Assembly (NCBI GenBank): GCA_021780815.1
Contig: JAJXYC010000015.1
Location: forward strand, 273,796-337,795
Source: Bacteroidota bacterium
GTDB taxonomy: Bacteria > Bacteroidota > Ignavibacteria > Kapaibacteriales > UBA2268
Length of the DNA: 64,000 nt
Direction of reading: 5' to 3'
A program made the position numbers and the translations under genes. Under the pieces are notes generated by a model, which ran no database searches, was not told where the DNA came from, and worked only from the letters and a program-made list of their open reading frames with translations. Shown piece by piece: positions 10,111 to 20,976 of this stretch (the stretch's first letter is position 1; each line of letters starts with the position of its first letter).

Positions 10111-11655
10111 TTATAACAATTCAGTAGTTGCTTTCCCTTGCATAAACAAAAGTAAATAATCACGGCTACCAGCTTTGGAATCAGTTCCACTCATATTAAA
10201 ACCACCAAAAGGATGAACATCCACAATAGCACCAGTGATTTTTCTGTTGATATACAAATTACCAACATGGAAGTATTTTTTAGCCTTCATTATTTTTTCT
10301 CTATTAACACTAAAAATACCACCAGTTAAACCAAAGGAAGTATTGTTAGCAATTTTTAAAGCTTCATCGAAATCTTTTGCTTTGAAAACAGCCAAAACAG
10401 GTCCAAAAATTTCTTCTAATGAAATACGTGAATCAGGGGCTAAATCAGTAACAATAGTAGGTTCAATAAAGTAACCTGGTTTATTTAATTTATTCCCGCC
10501 TGTTAAAATTTTACCTTCTTTTTTAGCAATATCAATATATTCTAAAACAGTTGCCTCAGCAGATGAACTTACAACTGGACCAAAGCGAACATTATCCTCT
10601 GGTATTCCGATAGGCAATTCTTGAACTTGTTTAACTAATTTTTTAACAAATTCATCATAAATTTTTTCATCAACAACAACTCTTGAACAAGCAGAGCATT
10701 TTTGACCTTGAAAACCAAAAGCACTGACAACAGTAGCGTTGACAGCGGCATCAATTGAAGGAGTTTCACTATCCACAATTAAAGTATCTTTGCCCCCCAT
10801 TTCAGCAATAACACGTTTAAGCCAAATTTGACCTGGATTAACTTTAGCTGCACGTTCATTAATTCTAATACCAGTAGCTACTGAACCAGTGAAAGCAACA
10901 AAACGAGTTTTTGGATGGTCAACTAAATAATCTCCGGATTCTGCACCACTTGCAACAAAGAAATTCAAAACGCCATCAGGTAAACCAACTTCACGCATTA
11001 TGTTTGCAAACAAATAAGCCATCATTGGGGAATCTGAACTTGGTTTCAAAACAACTGTATTTCCTGAAACTATTGAAGCAGAAGTCATTCCAACCATTAT
11101 GGCAAATGGAAAATTCCAAGGTGGAACAACTACTCCTACTCCTAATGGAATATATGAATATTCATTATATTCTTGTATAAAAGGTGTTAATGGCTGACTT
11201 TGGGAATAGCGAATCATTTCACGACCGTAAAATTCCAGAAAATCAATGGCTTCTGCTGTATCAGCGTCGGCTTCGGCAAAATTTTTGCCAACTTCCTTTA
11301 TCATCCAAGCATTGATTTCCAATCTTCTTTTTTTGCATACTTCGGCAGCTTTAAATAAAAATTTTGCTCTTTCCTCGGCTGGGAAATATTGCCAAGTTTG
11401 AAATGTTTCCCAAGCAGTTTGAATAGCAAGTTCTGCTTGTTCTTTCCCACTTTTTTGAAATACTCCAATTATTTCTGATGGATTTGCAGGATTAAGTGAT
11501 TTGGTCTTTTTTTCAGAAAAGATTTCCTTACCCCCAATTATATTGGGATATTCTTTCCCAAGTTGAGAATTAACTTTTGATAATGCTTCTTTTTGAAGCT
11601 CAAAATTTTCTTTTTTGGTAAAATCTACATAAGTTTGACTTGAGTATGGTAACAT
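10111..11655 (-). CDS. pruA: L-glutamate gamma-semialdehyde (1-pyrroline-5-carboxylate) dehydrogenase
   Basis: The 514-aa product belongs to the aldehyde dehydrogenase superfamily. The catalytic-Cys motif FGFQGQKCSACSR and overall length match RocA/PruA-type P5CDH. Confidence 0.75.
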   Translation of the reverse strand: MLPYSSQTYVDFTKKENFELQKEALSKVNSQLGKEYPNIIGGKEIFSEKKTKSLNPANPSEIIGVFQKSGKEQAELAIQTAWETFQTWQYFPAEERAKFLFKAAEVCKKRRLEINAWMIKEVGKNFAEADADTAEAIDFLEFYGREMIRYSQSQPLTPFIQEYNEYSYIPLGVGVVVPPWNFPFAIMVGMTSASIVSGNTVVLKPSSDSPMMAYLFANIMREVGLPDGVLNFFVASGAESGDYLVDHPKTRFVAFTGSVATGIRINERAAKVNPGQIWLKRVIAEMGGKDTLIVDSETPSIDAAVNATVVSAFGFQGQKCSACSRVVVDEKIYDEFVKKLVKQVQELPIGIPEDNVRFGPVVSSSAEATVLEYIDIAKKEGKILTGGNKLNKPGYFIEPTIVTDLAPDSRISLEEIFGPVLAVFKAKDFDEALKIANNTSFGLTGGIFSVNREKIMKAKKYFHVGNLYINRKITGAIVDVHPFGGFNMSGTDSKAGSRDYLLLFMQGKATTELL

Positions 11656-11756
11656 TATAACCTCAAATTTTTGAAATTGTGAATTATTAAAAATGCAAAT
11701 TAGTTATAATTTTTGATTTGCAAAAATTTCAAGTTGTTCAGATATGGTTAAGTTGT

Positions 11757-12707
11757 TTATAAATTATAAGAAAAACCAATGCCAAGAGTTTGTTTAATTT
11801 GCAATCTTGGACCAACTCCAACAAAAGTTTTTGCTCCATTTATTGTTTTAAAAATTTGAACAGGAATGTCTTGGTCGTAAATCAAATGCAAAAATATACT
11901 TGCAGAAATATAGCTATTTACTTTCAAATTAACAGTAGTTTCAGAATTAACATCAATGTTTCTTCTATTCCCAATATTTGGATCGGTATAATTATTGTAT
12001 AAATCTAATTTAGTGGCGATATTAATATTTTCCATAGGAGAAAAAATATAATTAACCGAAGCGGCAACTCCAAAATCAAAACGAGAATGCTCTCCTGGCG
12101 AAATTATCTTGCCTGTTGAATCATATTTTGCAGCGGTAACTCCATAAGAACCAGCATTAGCAAGAGCATTATCTTCCACTAATATTAATCTACCTGAAAT
12201 TGGAGAAAAACTTACCGAAAAATTATTCGTTGGTTTAAAATCCATACCTAACGACAAAATAAAATATGCAGGAGCAAAAAATTTGGACACTATATTTGAA
12301 TCATCGGGATATTTGTACCCTTTATCAAATTGGGTTTGAAAAGAAAAACTTAAAGAATAGTAAAATTGCTGAATAGCACGATAACCTGTTCTTGAATCAA
12401 GTTCTAATTTATCTTCATTTTTACGATATGAATATTGGTCTGATGTTTGAAAACCGTAACCTGTTGAAAAAGCATTTTCCCAAATAAAATTAGAGTCTGG
12501 CGCATAATAATTAATCAAATAACCAAAAAGACCAGTCAATGCAACTTGCGATTCACCACCTTTGGCCCAATTACTTAATGTAACTTCATTTAAGAACAAA
12601 CTCGTATTGCCTTTTGTTATCCAACCATTAGATTTTAAATCATTATAGCCAAAGAACATAATTACAAGAGATAGAATAAGTAAAAAATTCCTTTTCTGCT
12701 TCTGCAT
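11757..12707 (-). CDS. DUF3078-like outer-membrane beta-barrel protein
   Basis: The product has a signal peptide. The N-terminal segment GWITKGNTSLFLNEVTLSNWAKGGESQVALTGLF resembles the DUF3078 signature. Alternating beta-strand character continues to the C-terminal NL. Confidence 0.5.
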   Translation of the reverse strand: MQKQKRNFLLILSLVIMFFGYNDLKSNGWITKGNTSLFLNEVTLSNWAKGGESQVALTGLFGYLINYYAPDSNFIWENAFSTGYGFQTSDQYSYRKNEDKLELDSRTGYRAIQQFYYSLSFSFQTQFDKGYKYPDDSNIVSKFFAPAYFILSLGMDFKPTNNFSVSFSPISGRLILVEDNALANAGSYGVTAAKYDSTGKIISPGEHSRFDFGVAASVNYIFSPMENINIATKLDLYNNYTDPNIGNRRNIDVNSETTVNLKVNSYISASIFLHLIYDQDIPVQIFKTINGAKTFVGVGPRLQIKQTLGIGFSYNL

Positions 12708-12892
12708 TTTTATTCCTCATAATAAATACGAAAACAAAATTAAGCATTAGTTTGTTTTCTACAATCTAGACCACAACACTAATTGACAAAAAATTGACAA
12801 AATTTAGTTTTTTTCTTAAAAAAGTAACTAATTTTAATCTTTTTTCGTATTTATATTTTTAAATTTTATTTTTAAAATTTTGAGGATTTATA

Positions 12893-14233
12893 ATGATAAA
12901 AAAAACAAAGTTATTACTACTTGTTTTAAGTAGCATATTGCTTTTTACGTCAATTGAAGCACAATCGGCAGATTTCAAGCCTGTTCCAATAGTAAAAGAT
13001 ACTTTACCAAATGGTTTGACTGTTGTGTATTCTATTGATAAATCTGCACCAATAATTGCAACAGTAGTGCATTATAAAGTTGGTTCAAGATACGAAGTGC
13101 CAGGGAAAACTGGTTATGCCCACTTTTTTGAACATTTAATGTTTGAATCTACCGATGCATACCCAAGAGCATCAATTGACAAATTTGTTGAAGAAGCAGG
13201 TGGTTCTTTAAACGCTCATACTGCATCTGATGAAACTGTTTTTTATTTAAAATTACCATCGAATAATTTAGAAATGGCATTATGGATTGAATCTTCAAGG
13301 ATGAGAGGACTTCATGTCGATACCATTGGAGTAAATACTCAAAAAGGTGTTGTATCGGAAGAATTAAAGATGAGACGTGAAAATACAGCATACGGAACTA
13401 TGATTGATAAAATGTCTGAATTCCTTTATAAAGGCACTAATTATGAATGGACTACAGTTGGTTCATTAGAAGATATTCAAAATGCGAAGAATTCTGATTT
13501 TAAAACATTTTATGATGAATACTATTACCCAAATAATGCTATTTTAGCAGTTGTTGGAGATTTTAACTTAGAAGATGCTCGTGTTTTAGTTAATAAATAT
13601 TTTGGTAGATTACCAAGGCATACAATACCACCAGAACGACCATTTGTTTTGCAACCTATTGAAAAACCAGTAAAAGAAACAATTGAAGATGCAAAAGCAC
13701 AATTGCCAGGTATATTCATTGGTTATAGAGGATGTAGCGAAATTGCTCCTGATAATTATCCTTTAACTTTACTTTCTCAAATTCTTGCGGCAGGAGAAAG
13801 TTCAAGATTTTATCAAAAATTAGTTGATAAAGACCAAATTTCAGTTGGAGCAGCTGTTTTCCCTTACTCACTTGAAAAAGCTGGTTCATTAATTTTCTAT
13901 TCAATTGCAGCCCCTGGAAAAAGTGTTGATGAAAATATTGAAGCAATTGATGGTTTGATTAAAGACGTAGTGAAAAATGGTGTAACAGACGAAGAATTGC
14001 AAAAAGCAAAAAATATTATGGAAGCATCTTTTATTAGTGACAAGAAGAACGTTCTTGAAAAAGCTGAAAGTCTTGCAAGTTATACTGCTTATTATGGCGA
14101 CCCATCTTTAATTAACACTGAATTAGATAAATACTTAAAAGTAACAAAAGAAGATATTCTCCGTGTTGCAAAGAAATACTTAGATACTGATAAAAGAATC
14201 GTCCTAATTTATATGCCAAAAGATAAATCTTAA
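12893..14233 (+). CDS. M16 family zinc metallopeptidase (insulinase/pitrilysin-like), catalytic subunit
   Basis: The product has a signal peptide and an inverted zinc-binding motif HFFEHLMFEST (HxxEH). Its length (446 aa) is typical of an M16 subunit. Confidence 0.8.
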   Translation: MIKKTKLLLLVLSSILLFTSIEAQSADFKPVPIVKDTLPNGLTVVYSIDKSAPIIATVVHYKVGSRYEVPGKTGYAHFFEHLMFESTDAYPRASIDKFVEEAGGSLNAHTASDETVFYLKLPSNNLEMALWIESSRMRGLHVDTIGVNTQKGVVSEELKMRRENTAYGTMIDKMSEFLYKGTNYEWTTVGSLEDIQNAKNSDFKTFYDEYYYPNNAILAVVGDFNLEDARVLVNKYFGRLPRHTIPPERPFVLQPIEKPVKETIEDAKAQLPGIFIGYRGCSEIAPDNYPLTLLSQILAAGESSRFYQKLVDKDQISVGAAVFPYSLEKAGSLIFYSIAAPGKSVDENIEAIDGLIKDVVKNGVTDEELQKAKNIMEASFISDKKNVLEKAESLASYTAYYGDPSLINTELDKYLKVTKEDILRVAKKYLDTDKRIVLIYMPKDKS

Positions 14234-14255
14234 ACTAAATAAAGGAAAAAACATA

Positions 14256-16496
14256 ATGAAAAATACTAATTTTAAATTTGCAATTATATTAATTTTGTTT
14301 GCATCGCTTTTATCAACAAATTTGTTTGCACAAAGAACAACCAAGAAAAGCAAAGTGCCTGAAAAAGTTCAACAAGTTGAACAAGTGCAAACAGCTCCTG
14401 CTACGAAAACAAACCCAGATGTTCAAACTCAACAAGTTGATAAAACAACACCGAAATACGCATTTTCGTTGCCACCATTTCCAAAGCCAAAACCTCAACC
14501 TGCAAAAGATTTTGTGTTTCCATCATATAAAACTGTGACATTATCTGATGGATTAAAAGTTTATTTAATCAAAGATGATGAACAACCTGAAATTACTTTG
14601 CATTTGATGCTTGCAGGTGGTCAAAATTTAGATGGGAATAAATCAGGGCTTGCTGATATTGCAACATCTTTAATGACAAAAGGTGCAGGCAAAAGAAACG
14701 CCCTCGAAATTGCTCAAAAACTTGACGGAATTGGTGCCGGTGTTTCTGTTTCTGCTGGACAAGATAATATTTCTGCAACTGGTAGTTCGCTAACAAAACA
14801 TTTTGATGAAATGTTCGAAGTATTCGCAGATGTTGTTCTTTCTCCAAAATTCCCAAAAGATGAATTTAACAAATTAATCGACCAATCAATTGCTGGCGTA
14901 AAAATGCGTAAAGCAAATTCAGGAACACTCGCTTCATTGCTTGCATCGATTGCTACCTACGGTGAAAATCATCCTTATTCAAAATTTAATACTGAATCTT
15001 CTCTTAAATCAATTACATTAGATGATGTTGAAAATTATTACAAATCTACTTTTATACCAAACAATGCTACTTTGGCTGTAATTGGGGATTTTAATGAAAA
15101 AGATTTGATTAAAAAATTAGAATCTCGTTTTAAAGATTGGACTAAAGGACCATTACCAAAATTAGATGTTCCAGATCCAAAACCTCTAAAAAGAGGTGTG
15201 TATTTTATACCAAGAGCAGGCTCTAAACAATCTTCAGTTGATATTTCTGCTTTAACTGTACCAAAGAACCATCCTGATTACCTTGCATTGCGTCTTACAA
15301 GTGCATTAATGGGTGGTGGATTTGGTTCAAAACTTTTCCGTACATTACGTGAAAAATATTCTTTCACTTATAGTCCTTTTGCACGTGAAACTGGTTATAA
15401 ATTTGCAAATGAATTTTTTGCTGGTTCAGAAGTTAAAAATGATAAAACAGATTCTTCTATTACAGTAATTTTAGACCAATTCAAGGCGTTATACCAAGAA
15501 AATGGCGTTACACAAGAAGAACTTGAAAGAGTAAAAAGCAATGTTATTGGCAATTATCAAATGGCTTTTGAAAACTCAGAATTTGTTGCTTCATTACTTC
15601 AAAATGCAGATTTTTACGATGAACCAATTGATAATTATAAACATTATGCTCAAAGAATTGAAGCACTTACAACACTTGATGTTGCAAAAGTTGCCGATAA
15701 ATATTTGAAAAATGACCGTTTAGCAATAGCTGTTGTGGGATTACCTGCTTTGAAAGACAGCCTTGCACAATTTGGTCCTGTTTACGAATATACAATGGAT
15801 TTGGAATCCACTGATGCTATTGCTGCTGCTACTCCTATTGATATTAAACCAGAAGAATTAATTGAAAAATATATTAAAGCTATCGGTGGAAAAGAAGCTT
15901 TAAATTCTATTAAAACAATTAAAATGGATAGCAAATTACAATTAAAACCACAAGGTCAAATTATTAATGGTACTTCCGAAAAGATAATTAAATATCCTGA
16001 TAAAGAATACACATTAGTTCAAACTCCAATGTTTAGACAAGAATCTTGGGTGAATGGCGATAAAGCATGGAGACGTAACGGCAACAATATTGAAGCAGTT
16101 ACTGGTGATGAACTTAAAGAAGCTACTAAAGTTAAATTCTTTGTTAATGAAATTGCTGACTTAATTACTAATGGCTACAAATGCGAAGTCCTTGGAGTAA
16201 AAGATGGATTAATCAAGCTCAAATATAAAAGCAAAGATGGTAATGACGAAGGTACTTATTACTTTGATAGGAACACTTTCTTACCTATGAAATCCGTAAT
16301 TTCTGTTGAAGGTCCACAAGGTCCTGTTGAAATTTCCCAAGAATATTCTAACTTTGAAACATTTAATGGCGTAAAATTACCGATGACTATTGTTGTTACT
16401 AATCCTTATTATTCAAGTGAACTTAATAATAACTATTGGATTAATCAAGATATAGACGATGCAATATTTACACCAAAAGATGAAAATAAAAAATAA
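14256..16496 (+). CDS. M16 family peptidase-like protein, probably the non-catalytic partner subunit, with a C-terminal extension of about 260 aa
   Basis: The product has a signal peptide followed by a Q/P/K-rich linker. The core resembles M16 but has no HxxEH motif. The gene follows the catalytic M16 gene after a 22-bp gap. Confidence 0.65.
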   Translation: MKNTNFKFAIILILFASLLSTNLFAQRTTKKSKVPEKVQQVEQVQTAPATKTNPDVQTQQVDKTTPKYAFSLPPFPKPKPQPAKDFVFPSYKTVTLSDGLKVYLIKDDEQPEITLHLMLAGGQNLDGNKSGLADIATSLMTKGAGKRNALEIAQKLDGIGAGVSVSAGQDNISATGSSLTKHFDEMFEVFADVVLSPKFPKDEFNKLIDQSIAGVKMRKANSGTLASLLASIATYGENHPYSKFNTESSLKSITLDDVENYYKSTFIPNNATLAVIGDFNEKDLIKKLESRFKDWTKGPLPKLDVPDPKPLKRGVYFIPRAGSKQSSVDISALTVPKNHPDYLALRLTSALMGGGFGSKLFRTLREKYSFTYSPFARETGYKFANEFFAGSEVKNDKTDSSITVILDQFKALYQENGVTQEELERVKSNVIGNYQMAFENSEFVASLLQNADFYDEPIDNYKHYAQRIEALTTLDVAKVADKYLKNDRLAIAVVGLPALKDSLAQFGPVYEYTMDLESTDAIAAATPIDIKPEELIEKYIKAIGGKEALNSIKTIKMDSKLQLKPQGQIINGTSEKIIKYPDKEYTLVQTPMFRQESWVNGDKAWRRNGNNIEAVTGDELKEATKVKFFVNEIADLITNGYKCEVLGVKDGLIKLKYKSKDGNDEGTYYFDRNTFLPMKSVISVEGPQGPVEISQEYSNFETFNGVKLPMTIVVTNPYYSSELNNNYWINQDIDDAIFTPKDENKK

Positions 16497-16523
16497 TTTA
16501 CCTTGGATTAACTAATCTCAAAG

Positions 16524-16549
16524 GGTTGCCATTAGGCAACCTTTTTTTT
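16524..16549 (+). terminator. Rho-independent terminator after the M16 gene pair
   Basis: A ggttgcc-atta-ggcaacc hairpin is followed by a T8 run. Confidence 0.7.
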
Positions 16550-16750
16550 GCTTATCTTTTATCGACATATTACCCAAAGTAATATTTATTGGTTCTTATT
16601 CCCATTATTTTATTAAATTATTTAGTACTCAAATTAATTTAAATATTTTTTGAGTAGTGAAATAATTGAAACACTTTAAATACGTATTAATTCAATATTG
16701 AAAATTTAATTAATACATATTTTATTTCAAAGCAAAAAAACAGTAATTTT

Positions 16751-19606
16751 ATGAAATATATAAAAATACTTCTTATAATTTTTATTTGTTTTATTTTACA
16801 ATATAAAAACACTTATTCAAGTGAGCCAAACCAGATAAAAGATTCATTGATTGTAAAAATAAAAGTAAATTTTTCTAATATTGATTTGTCTCCTTTTTTT
16901 TCAGAATACCATTTACAAAAGTTAATAGATTCCTCATTGCTTGATTTTAGTACTTATAAGAATTATAAAAACAAAAAAACATCAAATAAATTACAAAGTT
17001 ATTCTCAATCACTTTCTCATATATATTTACTCGAATATAAAAGTAAAATTCAAAAACAGAAATTAATTAGCACATTAATGCAAACTGGCTTTTTTGATTA
17101 CGTAGAATATTACCCTGCAAGATATTTATGCTTTATTCCGAATGATTCACTTTTTTCAGAACAATACTATATGAATAATTTAAAAGTTCCTCAGGCTTGG
17201 GATACATTAAAGAAGAAGCATCTGGTATTAGTTGGAGTTGTGGATACTGGAGTTGATTATACACACCCCGATTTAATGAATAGTATATGGGAAAATCCTG
17301 GTGAAATTGGATTAGATTCAAATGGTAATGACAAGAGGTTTAATGGCATAGATGATGATAAAGATGGATATATTGACGATTGGCATGGCTGGGATTTTAA
17401 TTCAAGCGATACAACAGGTAATGGACAAGACAACGACCCAATGCCTGGACATCCTCATGGAACACATGTATCAGGGACAATTGCCGCAACAATAAATAAT
17501 CAAATTGGAATTGCAGGTATGTGCGATTCTATAAAAATTCTTCCTGTAAAAATTGGTAGTGATAATCCATATAGCACATCTTTAATCAACTCTTATGACG
17601 GAATGTTATATGCGGCAAAGATGGGCGCCGACATTATTAATTGCTCTTGGGGTGGCTCTTCAAGTTCTATTACTGAACAAGAAGTAATTAACACAGTATT
17701 GAGTCTTGGCTCTGCTGTTATTGCTGCCGCAGGTAACAATAATTCAGATTCTCCTTTTTTCCCCGCAAGCTACGACGGTGTAATTTCTGTTGCAGCGTCA
17801 GATAGTACTGATAAACGTGCTTTCTTTTCTAATTATAATTCTGCCGTAGATGTTCTTTCACCTGGTGTCGATATTATTTCAACAATCCCGGGTAATAGTT
17901 ATGAAAAAATGATGGGAACTTCAATGGCAACTCCAATCACTGTTGGTGTTGCATCTATGATTAAAATGTTGCACCCCGAATACTCACCAATTCAACTTGG
18001 TCAACATTTAATGGCTACTACCGACAATATGGACTCTCTTAATCCTGATTATGTTGGAAAATTAGGCAGTGGCAGAGTCGATGCTTTGAAAGCTGTTTCA
18101 ACATTAAAACCAAAAAATATTTATATCAAACAAATTAACGTGCAAGACCAAACTTCAGGGGCTGAATTTAAAAGTAATGATAATTGCAAAATTAGCTTAT
18201 TACTAGAAAATGTTTTAAATGATATTGATAATTTACAAATTTTCGTTTATTCTACAAATTATCCTGATGTTAATTTTTCTCCAAAAATTTTAAAATATGG
18301 TAAGTTCTTACAAAATTCTGTATTAAATCTTGATACAGCAATCTCATTTACACTTCCACAATTTGATATATTAGATGGAAAATTTGAGATAGAATTAGTG
18401 TTCTATGATTCAGATACTTTACTGGCAAGAAAAATCTACTCTTTCTTTGTAAATCCTTCATATTTGACTTTCAAGAACAATTTGTTGCAAGTTACTTTTA
18501 ACAGCAAAGGAAATATTGGATTTAATGACTACCCAAGTAATGAGCAAGGAAATGGTTTCATTTACAACCAAAGTCCAAATTTGTTGTTTGAAGGTGCTTT
18601 AATGGTATGTTCTGACACATTACTTTCTGATGTGGCAAGAGATGCTACGCAAGATTCACAAGACCATTCTTTTTATACAAACAAACAAATTGATTTCTTG
18701 CCGCTTGCAAATCCTTTATTGCTTGAAGGTATTACTAAATTTACTGACAACTCGATTCTTTCAAACAACTTTATCAATATTAATATCAACCAAACTATTA
18801 TTCAACCAACTTCACCAAATAACGCAATATATACAATTTATGATGTTGTAAACAATACTAAATTTATTCGTGATAGTTTATATTTAGGTCTTTATTTCGA
18901 TTGGGATATTGGTATTTCTGGAACAGACAATATAACTTATTGGGATGATTCCACTCAATCGGCTATTGTTCAAAATGTAAAAGTAGATTCTTTGCCAGTA
19001 ATTGGTATAAAAATGCTCTCAAATTTTAATAATAATTTTTGGGCAATAGATAACGATGGTTCAACTAATGACAATCCTGGAGTTTGGGATGGATTTACAA
19101 AAGACGAAAAAATAAGAATGCTAACTTCGGGAATAGGTCGTGCAAAATCTTCCATTACTGATATCTCTAATGTTATTTCTGCTGGTCCTATCTTCTTAGG
19201 ATCTTATGACACTGTCCGAGTATGCTTTGCTATGTATGCAGAAAAAAATGTTGTTAATTTGCTCAAATCCTTATCTGGTATTAATAATTTCGCCATTAAT
19301 GGAAATATTGCAAATGGTACTTATAATCCATTAATTCCTGAAACTAAGTATAATTCAATTTATCCAAATCCAGTTAGCAAAGACCAAACGCTTAATATGA
19401 TATTTCAAATTGCAAATAATAATACTAATTTTTCTATTGAACTTTATGATAATTTAGGAAATCTTGTGCAGAAGTTTTTAAACCAGAATTTAAATAAAGG
19501 AATTTATTTAAAAAAATATTTGTTACCTAATTTATCTACTGGTGCATATTATATTGTATTTAAAGAGAATAAAATTTTATCCACTTTCCCGTTAATAGTT
19601 GAATAA
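16751..19606 (+). CDS. S8 family subtilisin-like serine peptidase with T9SS C-terminal sorting domain
   Basis: The catalytic triad is present in the motifs VVDTGVDYTHPDL (Asp), HGTHVSGTIAA (His) and GTSMATP (Ser). The product has a signal peptide and ends in a Por/T9SS-type CTD (GAYYIVFKENKILSTFPLIVE). Confidence 0.85.
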   Translation: MKYIKILLIIFICFILQYKNTYSSEPNQIKDSLIVKIKVNFSNIDLSPFFSEYHLQKLIDSSLLDFSTYKNYKNKKTSNKLQSYSQSLSHIYLLEYKSKIQKQKLISTLMQTGFFDYVEYYPARYLCFIPNDSLFSEQYYMNNLKVPQAWDTLKKKHLVLVGVVDTGVDYTHPDLMNSIWENPGEIGLDSNGNDKRFNGIDDDKDGYIDDWHGWDFNSSDTTGNGQDNDPMPGHPHGTHVSGTIAATINNQIGIAGMCDSIKILPVKIGSDNPYSTSLINSYDGMLYAAKMGADIINCSWGGSSSSITEQEVINTVLSLGSAVIAAAGNNNSDSPFFPASYDGVISVAASDSTDKRAFFSNYNSAVDVLSPGVDIISTIPGNSYEKMMGTSMATPITVGVASMIKMLHPEYSPIQLGQHLMATTDNMDSLNPDYVGKLGSGRVDALKAVSTLKPKNIYIKQINVQDQTSGAEFKSNDNCKISLLLENVLNDIDNLQIFVYSTNYPDVNFSPKILKYGKFLQNSVLNLDTAISFTLPQFDILDGKFEIELVFYDSDTLLARKIYSFFVNPSYLTFKNNLLQVTFNSKGNIGFNDYPSNEQGNGFIYNQSPNLLFEGALMVCSDTLLSDVARDATQDSQDHSFYTNKQIDFLPLANPLLLEGITKFTDNSILSNNFINININQTIIQPTSPNNAIYTIYDVVNNTKFIRDSLYLGLYFDWDIGISGTDNITYWDDSTQSAIVQNVKVDSLPVIGIKMLSNFNNNFWAIDNDGSTNDNPGVWDGFTKDEKIRMLTSGIGRAKSSITDISNVISAGPIFLGSYDTVRVCFAMYAEKNVVNLLKSLSGINNFAINGNIANGTYNPLIPETKYNSIYPNPVSKDQTLNMIFQIANNNTNFSIELYDNLGNLVQKFLNQNLNKGIYLKKYLLPNLSTGAYYIVFKENKILSTFPLIVE

Positions 19607-19693
19607 TTTTAAATAAATTATTAAGTTATCTTTATTTTTTATTAATTTGTATTTTGATAAACAAATTAATTAATAAACAAATAAAGGATTTTT

Positions 19694-20968
19694 ATGAAAA
19701 AGTTTCTTTTAATATTTTTTTTAATATTATCAGTTTCATTATTATCAACGTCTTTATTTTCAGAAGAACCAAACCAAAAGGATTATCGAATATTTGGAAC
19801 AGTGTATGTCCGACCTAATATGGATGGCAGAGACTTTTCTAATTTAACGCACCCATTATATTACACAGTACAGCGTATTTCTATTGGCATAGAAAAAGAA
19901 TTAACCCCCAATATCACAATTTTAGCAGAAGCAATGGACAGTCGTGTTTGGGGACAAGAACAAAATGTTCGGAAAAGTATTGCAAATATAGATTTACATC
20001 AAGGTTTTTTGAAAGTGCTAAATATTTTCAATGTGCCTATCGATTTAAAAATTGGACGATTTGAATTGGAATATAATAAAAAAGTTATAGGACCTTCAAA
20101 TTGGCAAGATGTTCCACGTGCCTTTGATGGCTTCGATATTACTTTAATATCTTCCCCCGATTTAGTTTTTGATTTCTTTACTTTGCAAGTGGTAAATTCA
20201 ACCAACTATATATCTGCTGTTGTTCCAAATAATTACGCTTATCCTGCAAATCCAGACCAAGCATATTATGCACCGGGGGTGACTTTCAAATACAAATTTA
20301 ATAAAGATTTTTTCTTGCAACCTATTGTTTTATATGAATCATCTGGTAAAAGCACAAATTATGCTGAATTCTCCAAAACAACAGCGGCAATTGATTTAAT
20401 TTACAAAATAAAAAAATGGGATATGTGGTACCATCTTGGGTATCAAACTGGTAAAACAGGTTCTAAAGATTTATCTGCTTATGGTGGTCATGCTTTTATT
20501 GGTTATAGTTTTGGCTCTATTAAGCCAATGATTGTTCTGGATGTTAATTCAGGGACTAAACCTTCTGAACAATCCACCAAAGATCATCTATATTTCAATA
20601 ATTTCGGGAACAAACATATCTTTTGGGGAAATGCCGATTATTTTGGAAATTTATCTACAGAAACTGCCGGGTTGGGGCTTAATCAATATGGTTTAAAATT
20701 ATTCTTTAATGAAAATAAACCGCTTTCATTTCTATTAGAAGCCGATTATTTTACTACAAATGTTGCAAATCTTAATAATAAATGGGATTTAGGCGAAGAA
20801 ATTGATTTGATTTTCAAATATACATTCAATAAGAAAATGTTCGTTGATTGGGGCTTAACAGCTTTTCTTCCAGGCGAAGTAATGAAAAATATTTATACAA
20901 CTTCTAACGGAATACAAAGGGAAGATATAGGCTTTTATTCTTATTTAAGATTTATGTTTAATTTTTAA
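19694..20968 (+). CDS. Hypothetical outer-membrane beta-barrel protein (alginate-export/porin-like)
   Basis: The product has a signal peptide, an aromatic-rich alternating pattern and a C-terminal MFNF. Confidence 0.35.
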   Translation: MKKFLLIFFLILSVSLLSTSLFSEEPNQKDYRIFGTVYVRPNMDGRDFSNLTHPLYYTVQRISIGIEKELTPNITILAEAMDSRVWGQEQNVRKSIANIDLHQGFLKVLNIFNVPIDLKIGRFELEYNKKVIGPSNWQDVPRAFDGFDITLISSPDLVFDFFTLQVVNSTNYISAVVPNNYAYPANPDQAYYAPGVTFKYKFNKDFFLQPIVLYESSGKSTNYAEFSKTTAAIDLIYKIKKWDMWYHLGYQTGKTGSKDLSAYGGHAFIGYSFGSIKPMIVLDVNSGTKPSEQSTKDHLYFNNFGNKHIFWGNADYFGNLSTETAGLGLNQYGLKLFFNENKPLSFLLEADYFTTNVANLNNKWDLGEEIDLIFKYTFNKKMFVDWGLTAFLPGEVMKNIYTTSNGIQREDIGFYSYLRFMFNF

Positions 20969-20976
20969 ATTAAATT

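Noticed and set aside
10235-11180. Plus-strand ORFs (79 and 89 aa) inside the P5C dehydrogenase gene
   Set aside because: They are antisense to a confident aldehyde dehydrogenase CDS.
12781-12803. A direct repeat aattgacaaaa x2 with TTGACA-like -35 hexamers upstream of the M16 peptidase gene
   Set aside because: It is plausibly a sigma-70-type promoter (ttgaca-N17-taaaaa). The sigma-A consensus for this lineage is unknown to me, so it is not reported as a feature.
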